Source of the DNA: Chitinophagales bacterium
GTDB taxonomy: Bacteria > Bacteroidota > Bacteroidia > Chitinophagales > BACL12
NCBI GenBank assembly: GCA_041392955.1
Contig: JAWKLB010000001.1
Span: 37,344-101,343 of the forward strand
Length of the DNA: 64,000 bases
Direction: 5' to 3'
Shown: positions 45,178 to 53,748 of the stretch, piece by piece
Layout: every line of letters starts with the position of its first letter
Position numbering within the stretch: the stretch's first letter is position 1
Program-made: the position numbers and the translations under genes
Notes under the pieces: model-generated
Seen by the model: the letters and a program-made list of their open reading frames with translations, nothing else
Told to the model about the DNA's origin: nothing
Database searches by the model: none

Positions 45178-46007
45178 TGTGCTAAAAATTTTTGTATAAC
45201 CGCAACATAGGCATCTTTATCTACCCGGAAATTATCTCCCTGATCAGGATTCTGCACGATATAAATATCCTTGTCTATCACATTCTTCTTCTTTGCAGCA
45301 AGCGATTGCATATCGGCAACAGTAAATAAAATATCATTACTTCCTATGATCAGCTTGATCTGTTTCGTGGTGTTGTTCCGGGTAGAAGGTTCGATATCCA
45401 GGCAATAAATGGGTTCATGTTTTTTGTCATAACCGGCAAAAGGTACTTCCATAGGCTCGTCCCAGGATGAAAATCGTTCATCCAGATCTTCCATGCTTAA
45501 AAAAGGCGTATCTGCAATGATATGTTTTATTTCGGGGCGGTTATATCCAATTCCGAAAGCCAATCCGGCACCTATACCCCAACCATATATATCGAATGTT
45601 TGTACGAATTGTTTTCTGCAGAAATCGATCATGGCTTTCACATCGTCCTGAAAATGCGGGTAGATGAACATGTTGTTATCTATTTCAAATGCACTGCTCT
45701 CACCATAACCCCGGTAATCGAAGAACATGACATTGTATCCCATTCCGGTAAAGCTATCAGCGCGCCGCAGGTAATCGCCCATATTGCCTTCGCCGTTATG
45801 GCAAACCAGCAAAAGGTTTGTAGTAGTGCCGGTTCGAGAAGGAAAATACCAGGCTTTCAATGTAGCGCCATCATCAGTAGGCACATCATAAGCCGTGAAC
45901 TGCATGTTGTATTTGTCGGGAGTTTGTTTGTAAGTCCTGGAAGGATTTAATCCAAAGCATCCGGAAATGGAATAAAAGAAAGTGAGCAAAAGTGTGATCT
46001 GTTTCAT
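45174..46007 (-). CDS. Alpha/beta-hydrolase-fold protein, apparently lacking the catalytic Ser and His
   Basis: The fold landmarks are LLLVCHNGEGN and FFDYRGYGES. The nucleophile elbow reads GWGIG instead of GxSxG, and the C-terminal His position reads QGDN. There is a 4-nt overlap (ATGA) with the cupin gene. Confidence 0.65.
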   Translation of the reverse strand: MKQITLLLTFFYSISGCFGLNPSRTYKQTPDKYNMQFTAYDVPTDDGATLKAWYFPSRTGTTTNLLLVCHNGEGNMGDYLRRADSFTGMGYNVMFFDYRGYGESSAFEIDNNMFIYPHFQDDVKAMIDFCRKQFVQTFDIYGWGIGAGLAFGIGYNRPEIKHIIADTPFLSMEDLDERFSSWDEPMEVPFAGYDKKHEPIYCLDIEPSTRNNTTKQIKLIIGSNDILFTVADMQSLAAKKKNVIDKDIYIVQNPDQGDNFRVDKDAYVAVIQKFLAQ

Positions 46008-46037
46008 TTTGTGTGTTTATCAAAACGAAACTAAAAA

Positions 46038-46853
46038 TTAATTACCGGAATCGGGCTTCTTTTTCGGGAAAAGTGTATGTCCCCATTTTTTAGGGAGAAG
46101 AGGCGCGATCAATTGTCCCGCATAATGTGTGGGGAATGATTCTTCTATTCCCAATCTTTCCGGTTCGTGCGGCGGACAGTGATATGTGCCGAAAAGTAAG
46201 TCCATGAGCGGTGATATATTGGCATAATTACCGGCGTGTTGATCCATGCTATGATGCCAGTGGTGTAGCTCAGGGGAGCCTATAAGCATGCGCAAAGGAC
46301 CTATGCGCAATCGCACATTTGAATGAATATAAATGGCCCAGATACCGCGAAATGCAATCACTCCTGCGAGTGTTTCCAATGGAAATCCCAGAATAAATGC
46401 TGGTAGATTGATCAGGCTGATCGTATAAATGCTGTCGAGCGGATGTTCTCTGTGTGCCGCCAGCCAATCGAGATGTGTTGCGCTGTGATGCACTTTGTGA
46501 AAGCGCCACAAAAAAGGAACATGATGTTGTAATCGATGTGCCCAGTATATGATCAGATCGCTGAATAATATGACTTCCACCGCTTGTAAGATCCATGGTT
46601 GAGATCGCAGTTTTGCACTAAATGGAATCGGTACCCAATGGTGCAGATGATCATTGAAATATTGCAATGCCAACAATACCAATCCACTCCAAAGAAAATA
46701 TTGACCGGCAAAGTAACAGAAGTCGAGGAACCACTGCGGACGGAAAAACTTCTGTCCTTTATTCGCAGGAAATGCTTTTTCCATGGGAATAAAGAGAACC
46801 ATGAGAAAAAGGAGGCTGCCGCCTGTTGCTGTTATGATCCCCGGGATGTGCAT
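46038..46853 (-). CDS. Fatty acid hydroxylase / sterol desaturase family membrane protein
   Basis: The histidine boxes are HRLQHH, HKVHH and HHWHH, and several TM segments are present. Confidence 0.75.
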   Translation of the reverse strand: MHIPGIITATGGSLLFLMVLFIPMEKAFPANKGQKFFRPQWFLDFCYFAGQYFLWSGLVLLALQYFNDHLHHWVPIPFSAKLRSQPWILQAVEVILFSDLIIYWAHRLQHHVPFLWRFHKVHHSATHLDWLAAHREHPLDSIYTISLINLPAFILGFPLETLAGVIAFRGIWAIYIHSNVRLRIGPLRMLIGSPELHHWHHSMDQHAGNYANISPLMDLLFGTYHCPPHEPERLGIEESFPTHYAGQLIAPLLPKKWGHTLFPKKKPDSGN

Positions 46854-46856
46854 ATA

Positions 46857-47309
46857 TCAATCTTCCGACCTCCCATCTTTCTTGCCTTTACCGAGAACCG
46901 GTCTATCAAATACCGGCCCTGATTTTGGGCTGTAGAAATGGAGGTAATGCTTTTCGGTGCTGTCTTTTTTTTCAGTGTTTTGGATCGCGTCCTGCGATTG
47001 TACACTATCCCTCATAAATTCCTGAATGGTTTGCATCTCTAAATGTAATGACGTATCGGGATAAAATGACCTTTTCCTCTCTGTAATCACAATGGATTTT
47101 GATGAAGACATTATGGTAAGATGTTCCTGATCAATGTCGGGCAGACTGTCAGTTTCGCTTGCTGTCGTATTTGTGAGAGAACCGCCGTTGTGGCTGGTTT
47201 GGATCCCATAGGCAGCATGTTTAAAAGCACCTGACCTGTAAAGCACGAAGCAACTGATCCCGGTAAAAAACAACAGTAAGGTAGCACCTTGTAAAAAAAC
47301 TCGTTTCAT
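46857..47309 (-). CDS. Hypothetical protein with N-terminal TM/signal segment
   Basis: This is the first gene of the minus-strand cluster, ending 3 nt before the next start. No family recognised. Confidence 0.45.
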   Translation of the reverse strand: MKRVFLQGATLLLFFTGISCFVLYRSGAFKHAAYGIQTSHNGGSLTNTTASETDSLPDIDQEHLTIMSSSKSIVITERKRSFYPDTSLHLEMQTIQEFMRDSVQSQDAIQNTEKKDSTEKHYLHFYSPKSGPVFDRPVLGKGKKDGRSED

Positions 47310-47605
47310 AATTCAATGTATCCGGATCAAAAACGATCAATACGGACTTATGTTGTACAAGGTATGCAATTAATGTAAAGAATAAAAAGTGCGGCGTCTC
47401 TTGAATGGAAAATGGCGCATGGTTGAAAAGTGAAGTCCCATTTTATAGCCGGTGAGCTGAACTCACTAATCCTGATTCCGCAAGAAGTCGCGGTTACATC
47501 TCCTTTAAATAATTAGTAATGATATTTAAATCGGCCCTGACCTTCCTAAGAGTCCTTTGGACTTTACCATTTCAAGTTATGTCTACCAATAACGACGAAC
47601 AAACG

Positions 47606-47825
47606 CACTATAGAAATTCCCCCTTGACCAGCCCACACACCCTGACCCCTGACCTTTTCTCAATACATAAAACAATAATAACCATCTAACTCACTACAGA
47701 AATTCATTCTTGAATAGGATGCACACCCTGACCCCTGACCTTCTCACAATACATAAAACAATAACAACCATCTAACTCACTATAGAAATTCCCCCTTGAA
47801 TAGGATGCACACCCTGACCCCTTTA
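47606..47825 (+). repeat. 86-bp tandem repeat, 2.5 copies, abutting the stop codon of the tail-fibre-like gene
   Basis: Units lie at 47606-47691, 47692-47777 and 47778-47825 (truncated). Each contains CACCCTGACCCCTGACC. Confidence 0.9.
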
Positions 47826-50800
47826 TTACTTACTTATCACCATCTGTTTCGTTGCAACCACTTTACCATCCACAACCAATGAATACGCATACGTACCACT
47901 TGCCATATTGCCGGATTCTATAACCAGATGTGTTTCATCACACGCGATCGGAATAACGGTGATCACTTTGCCTTCAGCACTGTTCACGATCATGATGCTT
48001 GCATCTCTGCAATCTTTGGGAATACGGAATGGTATCATAGTGGTATTATCAAATGGATTTGGAATATTCTGACCCAATAATGCATTTTCAGGATCAGCAG
48101 CCGAAACGCTTATGATGCCGTCATTGAGTTTTGCATCGGAGGCCTGCGCACTGAGTTCGGCTATTTGTGCCTTTAATGCCTCAATTTCTTTTTGCTGTTC
48201 TTCCAACTGTTCATTTTGCGCAGTGTTTACTGAATCTAATTCCTGTGCAGCTTTTACCAGTGGCACCACAAATTCCGCGTAACGCAATCCGTATAAATTA
48301 TTTTCATTTTGCGGTTTGTCCACTCCGGAAAAATCATAACCGATCTGCTGTGCTGCTTTCTCCACATCCTGCGCAATAAAGCCGGTATAAGTGATCTGTG
48401 CCTTTGCATCCAATGCTTTTTTATTGATCTGTTGAGTAACCTTGTCTTCGGAATAAATGCTGTCGCTTAGGATGCGATCCTCTTCCAGATGTCCGCTTAA
48501 AGCTTCCATTTTTAATGTATATGTTACCGGTTGAAGCAATTTGATGAACTCCAATCCCGGTACATCTTCCTGCACATTCTCTTTCATTCTTTCATCACTG
48601 ATATTTGTCCAGCCTGCATATCCGCCGATACTGGTCACTGAGCTATTCCCGATACGCACCTGATTGTCGGCATCGGTCCTTGCATTATAGCCAAGTGCTG
48701 TACTGTTGGTGAGTGAGAATGCGCCGTTATTTGCCGCATAACATCCCAGATACGTGCAGTTCGTATTGAAACTGTAAGAGCTGCCCGTTGACAATCCGAT
48801 ACCAATATTATATGAACCGGTGGTGTTGAATTCCAGAGCACCATTCCCCAGGGCAACCTTATTATGACCGGTGCTGTTATAATATAATGCCGACGCGCCA
48901 ACAGCGACATCAAACCCGCCGCTGGTATTAGAGTACAAGGCAGATGATCCCACACCTGTATTGGAACCTCCGTTGACGTTGCTGTACAAAGTGCGATATC
49001 CTATTGCTGTATTAATGGAACCGGTATTGGTGTATAAACTTTGATATCCTATCGCAGTATTATTCGAACCATTCGTATTGGAGTAAGATGCATTAAACCC
49101 GATGGCCGTATTGAACCATCCGTTATTATTCAGATAACTCGCACGGATACCCATAGCTGTATTGTATGAACCATTCACATTACTGTATAGTGTGGAGTAA
49201 CCAACGGCGGTATTTCCTGCGCCGGTAGTATTGCTGTATAAACTCTGACTTCCAATGGCAGTAAATTCATTTCCTGTTGTTGAACTGTATAAGGCATTTA
49301 CGCCCAATGCAGTAATTCCAATCCCGGTTGTATTATTATATGCTGCATAAGAGCCAACACCCGTGTTGCTGTCGCCGGTAGTATTGCTGCGCATGCTGTG
49401 GTCGCCGATCGCAGTATTACCATCACCATCTGTATTGTTATACATGGAAAATAAACCCATGGCCGTATTTGAATTTCCCGTTTGATTGGAATAGAGTGCA
49501 GATGAACCAAATGCTGCATTGAACGATCCGGTAGTGTTTAATTGCAGTGCCGAGTTTCCTGTGGCTGTATTGGAACTCCCGGTGGTATTTGTATACATGG
49601 CACGAAAACCTATTGCAGTATTCAGATCGGCCGTTGAATGATATAATGCCTCACTACCAACGGCAGTGGAATATGAATTTCCGGCTAAAGTGTAAGAAGC
49701 TTTATGGCCTATTGCCGTGTTATTGGTTCCGGTGGTGAGATTAAATAACGTAGAATCCCCCACGGCAACATTGTAGGTGGAAGTCCCGGCGTTGTATAAA
49801 CTATAACTTCCCACGGCTGTGTTATTCCAACCATATACACTGGTAGATAAAGCATATGCGCCGAGAGCTGTATTAAATTGTCCGCTCGCATTTTCTTTCA
49901 GGGAATAGGAACCAACGGCGGTATTGTATGAACCGATGCCATTGCTGTACATCGACAGGGCACCGATGGCCACATTTTCATTTCCGCCATGCGTATTATA
50001 CATGGAAAAAGTGCCGAAGGCGCTGTTGTTATTACCATCTTCATTTAAATACAGCACATCTTTACCCATACCGGTATTATTTGAACCTCCAACATTATTA
50101 TATAATGCCTCAGCACCCACGCCAACATTATTCAAGCCGGTGGTATTTGAATACATGGCATGACTTCCTATTGCTGTATTCTGACTACCCGTTGTGTTTA
50201 CCCACAAACTGGCATTTCCTACCGCGACATTTTCACTACCACTTGTATTATAGAGCATGGCCCATTCACCCAATGCAGTATTTTCATTTCCGTCTATATT
50301 GAATCCGAGTGCCGACAATCCAACAGCAGTATTCAGGGATCCCGTAGTATTGGTTTGCAAACTTCCGCTGCCTACTGCGGTATTGGAGTATCCTGTAGTA
50401 TTGGCATACATAGCATTTGATCCGATGGCCGTATTATAGTATGCAGTTTGATTAGCACGCAATGCCTGACTGCCTAAAGCGGTATTTTCTTCTCCTGTTG
50501 TATTATACCACATACTCTCATTTCCCACCGCGACATTATCATTGCCCGTTGTATTGTACGTCATGGCATTTTGCCCGATCGCAGTATTTCTATTGCCCAT
50601 TGTATTGAAAGCCAGTGTGGAAATACCAACGGCAGTATTCAGAGAACCGGCAGTATTATATTCCATGGAGCCACTCCCGACGGCAGTATTGGAATAACCA
50701 TCTACGTTATCGCGTAATGCGTCCGAACCTACTGCTGTGAGATAATAATGTGTTTCATTTGTTTTCAATGCATTATTTCCAATGGCTGTATTGCTGCCTC

Positions 50801-51788
50801 CGGTTGTGTTGTTGAGCATTGCAGAACTCCCCACTGCCACATTACTGCTTCCTGTTGTATTATTATAAAATGCAGAATCTCCTGCAGCAAGATTGTCTGT
50901 GCCGGAATTCCCCAAAGCGATACCTGCTCCGATAAATATATTTTGTGACCCCTGATTGGAAATAAATCGTTTATTATCCAGAAATACATATCCGTCGAGA
51001 TACAGATCCTTCCATGTATTTACCGTGCTTCCTAAACTATACGTAAAGGTGGTATTTGGAACAAGTGATTGATTGATCGCTGTTGCGCTCAGGTTAGATA
51101 AACTTGTATTCGCACCGCCACCACCACCTGCAACAGTGGTCCAGGATAAAATACCTGCGCCGTTCGTTGTCAGTACCTGTCCGCTTGTACCGTCCGCTGC
51201 CGGTAATACCCAAATGAAATTTGCAGCGATATTATCTGCTGCCTTGAAACCGGTATAATTATTTCCGTTCGCCGCTAATTCATTGAATCGCAATTCACCT
51301 GTTGCTCCGGCCAGCACATCGTAAGGTTTAATGCGGATGGCTCCGGGCACAGTGGGTGTGATATCTATCATGGCTCCCGGTGTTGCGGTGGAGCCGAGAG
51401 ATAATTTATTTTTGATATAGGCATTGCCGCCGGCTGTCGACCAGAAAACAGGTGCTCCCGTTCCGTCGCGGAACTCATACCGCGAATTCGTGTTGCTGAA
51501 AACCAAACCATAATTCGGATTTCCGGAATAGCGGAAAGCATAATGATCACCAGCAACCAAAAAATCGGCGTTGCCGCTGAAACTCAGATCGCCATCGAGT
51601 CCAAAAGCCGAATGATCGGCACCGGTTCCGAATTGGGAAATGCCACCTTCTACCTGCAAAAGAGTGGATGGCGTCACGGTTCCTACGCCCACATTTCCAC
51701 TGGCAGGAAATGTATTTGTTTGTGCACCAAGGAACAGCGGCGAGATAAAAAGGAAAACACTACATAAGCGGCGGAGCATTTTTTTCAT
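47826..51788 (-). CDS. Tail-fibre-domain adhesin-like protein: signal peptide, about 900 aa of NTA.G repeats, S74-type intramolecular chaperone domain, coiled coil, T9SS sorting domain
   Basis: The start is set at the Met giving MKKMLRRLCSVFLFISPLFLGAQT. There are dozens of roughly 14-aa repeats (NTAVG..AL..NTTG..). The motif GGYAGWTNISDERMKENV...YTGFIAQDVEKA...YGLRYAEFVVPLVKAAQEL matches the phage tailspike chaperone domain. The C-terminus QNIPNPFDNTTMIPF...GTYAYSLVVDG is a T9SS CTD. Confidence 0.8.
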   Translation of the reverse strand: MKKMLRRLCSVFLFISPLFLGAQTNTFPASGNVGVGTVTPSTLLQVEGGISQFGTGADHSAFGLDGDLSFSGNADFLVAGDHYAFRYSGNPNYGLVFSNTNSRYEFRDGTGAPVFWSTAGGNAYIKNKLSLGSTATPGAMIDITPTVPGAIRIKPYDVLAGATGELRFNELAANGNNYTGFKAADNIAANFIWVLPAADGTSGQVLTTNGAGILSWTTVAGGGGGANTSLSNLSATAINQSLVPNTTFTYSLGSTVNTWKDLYLDGYVFLDNKRFISNQGSQNIFIGAGIALGNSGTDNLAAGDSAFYNNTTGSSNVAVGSSAMLNNTTGGSNTAIGNNALKTNETHYYLTAVGSDALRDNVDGYSNTAVGSGSMEYNTAGSLNTAVGISTLAFNTMGNRNTAIGQNAMTYNTTGNDNVAVGNESMWYNTTGEENTALGSQALRANQTAYYNTAIGSNAMYANTTGYSNTAVGSGSLQTNTTGSLNTAVGLSALGFNIDGNENTALGEWAMLYNTSGSENVAVGNASLWVNTTGSQNTAIGSHAMYSNTTGLNNVGVGAEALYNNVGGSNNTGMGKDVLYLNEDGNNNSAFGTFSMYNTHGGNENVAIGALSMYSNGIGSYNTAVGSYSLKENASGQFNTALGAYALSTSVYGWNNTAVGSYSLYNAGTSTYNVAVGDSTLFNLTTGTNNTAIGHKASYTLAGNSYSTAVGSEALYHSTADLNTAIGFRAMYTNTTGSSNTATGNSALQLNTTGSFNAAFGSSALYSNQTGNSNTAMGLFSMYNNTDGDGNTAIGDHSMRSNTTGDSNTGVGSYAAYNNTTGIGITALGVNALYSSTTGNEFTAIGSQSLYSNTTGAGNTAVGYSTLYSNVNGSYNTAMGIRASYLNNNGWFNTAIGFNASYSNTNGSNNTAIGYQSLYTNTGSINTAIGYRTLYSNVNGGSNTGVGSSALYSNTSGGFDVAVGASALYYNSTGHNKVALGNGALEFNTTGSYNIGIGLSTGSSYSFNTNCTYLGCYAANNGAFSLTNSTALGYNARTDADNQVRIGNSSVTSIGGYAGWTNISDERMKENVQEDVPGLEFIKLLQPVTYTLKMEALSGHLEEDRILSDSIYSEDKVTQQINKKALDAKAQITYTGFIAQDVEKAAQQIGYDFSGVDKPQNENNLYGLRYAEFVVPLVKAAQELDSVNTAQNEQLEEQQKEIEALKAQIAELSAQASDAKLNDGIISVSAADPENALLGQNIPNPFDNTTMIPFRIPKDCRDASIMIVNSAEGKVITVIPIACDETHLVIESGNMASGTYAYSLVVDGKVVATKQMVISK

Positions 51789-51929
51789 AATCATGATTTT
51801 TGTGCATTGCATAATAGAATAAGGACAAACACAAAAATATCCGCCCGCTCAGAGCCATGAAATACCCGAATCCGAGTATGGGAAGGTTAGGGCTGGGGCA
51901 GGAGCAGGGGAAGTCACAGTCACAGTCGG

Positions 51930-52160
51930 ACTCAATTATGAGCTCTTATTGTTTAAAAAAGTACTGCCCTGACCAATGACTTCTGACCCCTAACCCTTGT
52001 CATATCGCAGCAGCAGCCCAACTCAATTATGTATACTTATCCTTTTAAAAAGTACTGCCCTGACCCCTGACCCTTGTCATATCGCAGCAGCAGCCCAACT
52101 CAATTATGTGCACTTATCCTTTTAAAAAGTACTGCCCTGACCCCTGACTCCTCTCACCTT
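51930..52160 (+). repeat. Tandem repeat (91, 77 and about 61 bp units) upstream of the tail-fibre-like gene
   Basis: Units start at 51930, 52021 and 52098 with ACTCAATTATG...AAAAAGTACTGCCCTGACC... Units 1 and 2 differ in length by 14 nt, i.e. two heptamers. Confidence 0.9.
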
Positions 52161-52203
52161 TTCAATCAGTATTTATTATTCTCTTGATTACTCATAATTA
52201 AAC

Positions 52204-52236
52204 CGGCCCTAACCCCTAACCCCAACCCCTAACATT
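52204..52236 (+). repeat. C-rich telomere-like heptamer array (CCCTAAC type)
   Basis: The sequence is CGGCCCTAACCCCTAACCCCAACCCCTAACA. The junction CGGCCCTAAC is shared with the inverted array at 23321-23340. Confidence 0.85.
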
Positions 52237-52241
52237 TTCCG

Positions 52242-52249
52242 TACATTTG
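52242..52249 (+). promoter_or_regulatory. Candidate Bacteroidota -7 box (TAnnTTTG) for lemA
   Basis: TACATTTG lies 16 nt upstream of ATG 52265. No clear -33 TTG is present, because that position lies inside the C-rich array. Confidence 0.35.
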
Positions 52250-52264
52250 TCTCAAACAACAGCC

Positions 52265-52825
52265 ATGCTTATACCCATAATCATAGTGGTCGTTCTGATC
52301 CTGATCATTGTCGGCCTTTATAACTCTCTGGTCAACCGCAAGAACCAGGTGGAAAACGCATTCGGGACCATCGATGCCATGCTCAAAAAACGGTATGATC
52401 TTATCCCCAACCTGGTGGAGACCGTAAAGCAATACATGACCTATGAGAAAGATACCCTCACCAAGATCGTGGAGTTGCGCAATACCATTCAGCAGAATCC
52501 GACCATGCCTGCACAGGAACGCATCGGAATGGAGAATCAGCTTACCGGACTGCTCGGCCAGCTGCGCGTTGCCGTGGAGAATTATCCCGACCTGAAGGCG
52601 AACAACAGCTTTATCCAATTGCAATCTACATGGACCGAAATAGAAGAGCAGCTTTCTGCTGCACGCCGCACCTATAATGCCGCCGTGACCTCCTATAATA
52701 ATTCGGTGGAGATGTTCCCCACCAACATCATGGCCAACATGATGGGTTATAAGCGGAAAGAGGTGTTGAAGATCGATGAGGCGGAACGCAAGAATATTTC
52801 TGCCCACGACCTGTTCAACAAGTAA
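52265..52825 (+). CDS. lemA: LemA family protein
   Basis: The start is at ATG 52265 (MLIPIIIVVVLILIIVGLYNSLV). The pattern NQVENAFGTIDAMLKRRYDLIPNLVETVK...RTYNAAV..YN is canonical LemA. Confidence 0.85.
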   Translation: MLIPIIIVVVLILIIVGLYNSLVNRKNQVENAFGTIDAMLKKRYDLIPNLVETVKQYMTYEKDTLTKIVELRNTIQQNPTMPAQERIGMENQLTGLLGQLRVAVENYPDLKANNSFIQLQSTWTEIEEQLSAARRTYNAAVTSYNNSVEMFPTNIMANMMGYKRKEVLKIDEAERKNISAHDLFNK

Positions 52826-52923
52826 AATATCGGGCGCGGATCGCCGTCAATATCTAAGTGGAATAGCGAAACTTTTTTATTGGGTATTCGTTATACATTT
52901 GACAAAAAATTAATCTAAGCAAC

Positions 52924-53601
52924 ATGATTGGAGCATATTTAATAGGTATTGTATTTGCCGTTGTTGGCATGATCATTTCAGGAGTTCTGAAGAGCAAGTT
53001 CAGGAAGTATTCAGAGATCGCACTGCGCGACGGCTCTACCGGCCGCGACGTGGCTGAGCGCATGCTGCGCGAAAATGGGATCAATGACGTACAGGTGATC
53101 TCTGTTGCCGGTCAGCTCACCGACCATTATAACCCGGCCAATAAAACAGTGAATCTCAGTGAAGGTGTATATAATTCGAACAGCATTGCCGCAGCAGCGG
53201 TAGCTGCGCATGAATGCGGTCACGCCGTACAACACGCCAAAGGCTATGCCTGGCTGAAAATGCGTTCTTCCATGGTTCCGATGGTGAGTATTGCCTCCCA
53301 ATGGGTCATGTGGGTATTGCTCGCGGGTATCCTGTTGATCAATACTTTCCCCAACCTGCTTTTGATCGGGATCATACTGTTCGCGGTGCTAACCCTCTTC
53401 AGTTTCATCACTTTGCCCGTTGAGATCGATGCCAGTCGCAGAGCTATTCACTGGTTGCAAGGTTCCACCCTTGCGGGAAGCATGGAAATGGGTAAAGCAA
53501 AAGATGCCCTTACCTGGGCTGCCCTCACCTATGTGGCCGCTGCCCTCGGTTCTCTGGCAACCTTGATCTATTATATCATGATATACATGGGCCGCCGATA
53601 A
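52924..53601 (+). CDS. Zinc metallopeptidase (YugP-like, Zn_peptidase_2 family) membrane protein
   Basis: The motifs are DHYNPANKTVNLSE and HExxH (AAHECGHAVQH), with flanking TM segments. Confidence 0.75.
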   Translation: MIGAYLIGIVFAVVGMIISGVLKSKFRKYSEIALRDGSTGRDVAERMLRENGINDVQVISVAGQLTDHYNPANKTVNLSEGVYNSNSIAAAAVAAHECGHAVQHAKGYAWLKMRSSMVPMVSIASQWVMWVLLAGILLINTFPNLLLIGIILFAVLTLFSFITLPVEIDASRRAIHWLQGSTLAGSMEMGKAKDALTWAALTYVAAALGSLATLIYYIMIYMGRR

Positions 53602-53632
53602 AAATTTTGGTGCCAAAATTTTACTGAAAATC

Positions 53633-53663
53633 AGCGTGTTATGAAGGTAGCACGCTTTTTTTT
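53633..53663 (+). terminator. Rho-independent terminator
   Basis: AGCGTG...CACGCT forms a stem (extendable through T-A/A-T pairs), followed by a T8 run. Confidence 0.7.
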
Positions 53664-53674
53664 GTCCCCAAATC

Positions 53675-53705
53675 TTGCTTTGTACAACGGCTGAATTTAT
53701 CTTTG
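53675..53705 (+). promoter_or_regulatory. Candidate Bacteroidota promoter for rplM operon (-33 TTG / -7 TATCTTTG)
   Basis: TTG lies at 53675-53677 and TATCTTTG at 53698-53705, a 20-nt spacer. This is about 45 nt upstream of the rplM start. Confidence 0.4.
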
Positions 53706-53748
53706 CAGCCCCGAAAATCCGGGTAAAAAAAACAGAAAAAAAGCTATT

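Noticed and set aside
47340-47560. Possible riboswitch or structured leader upstream of the minus-strand operon (local hairpins such as CCGC-GACTTCTT-GCGG and GTGAG-TTCAG-CTCAC on the minus strand)
   Set aside because: I could not match it to any riboswitch consensus I know (TPP, SAM, cobalamin, FMN, glycine). The hairpins are short and could be chance. It would need an Rfam/Infernal scan.
48167-51822. Many 60-124 aa ORFs in other frames and on the + strand inside the tail-fibre-like gene
   Set aside because: They arise from the 42-nt periodic, compositionally biased repeat region. The single 1320-aa minus-strand frame explains the whole interval.
52229-52807. 192-aa minus-strand ORF exactly mirroring lemA
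   Set aside because: The + strand product is a textbook LemA sequence. The antisense ORF has no recognisable features.
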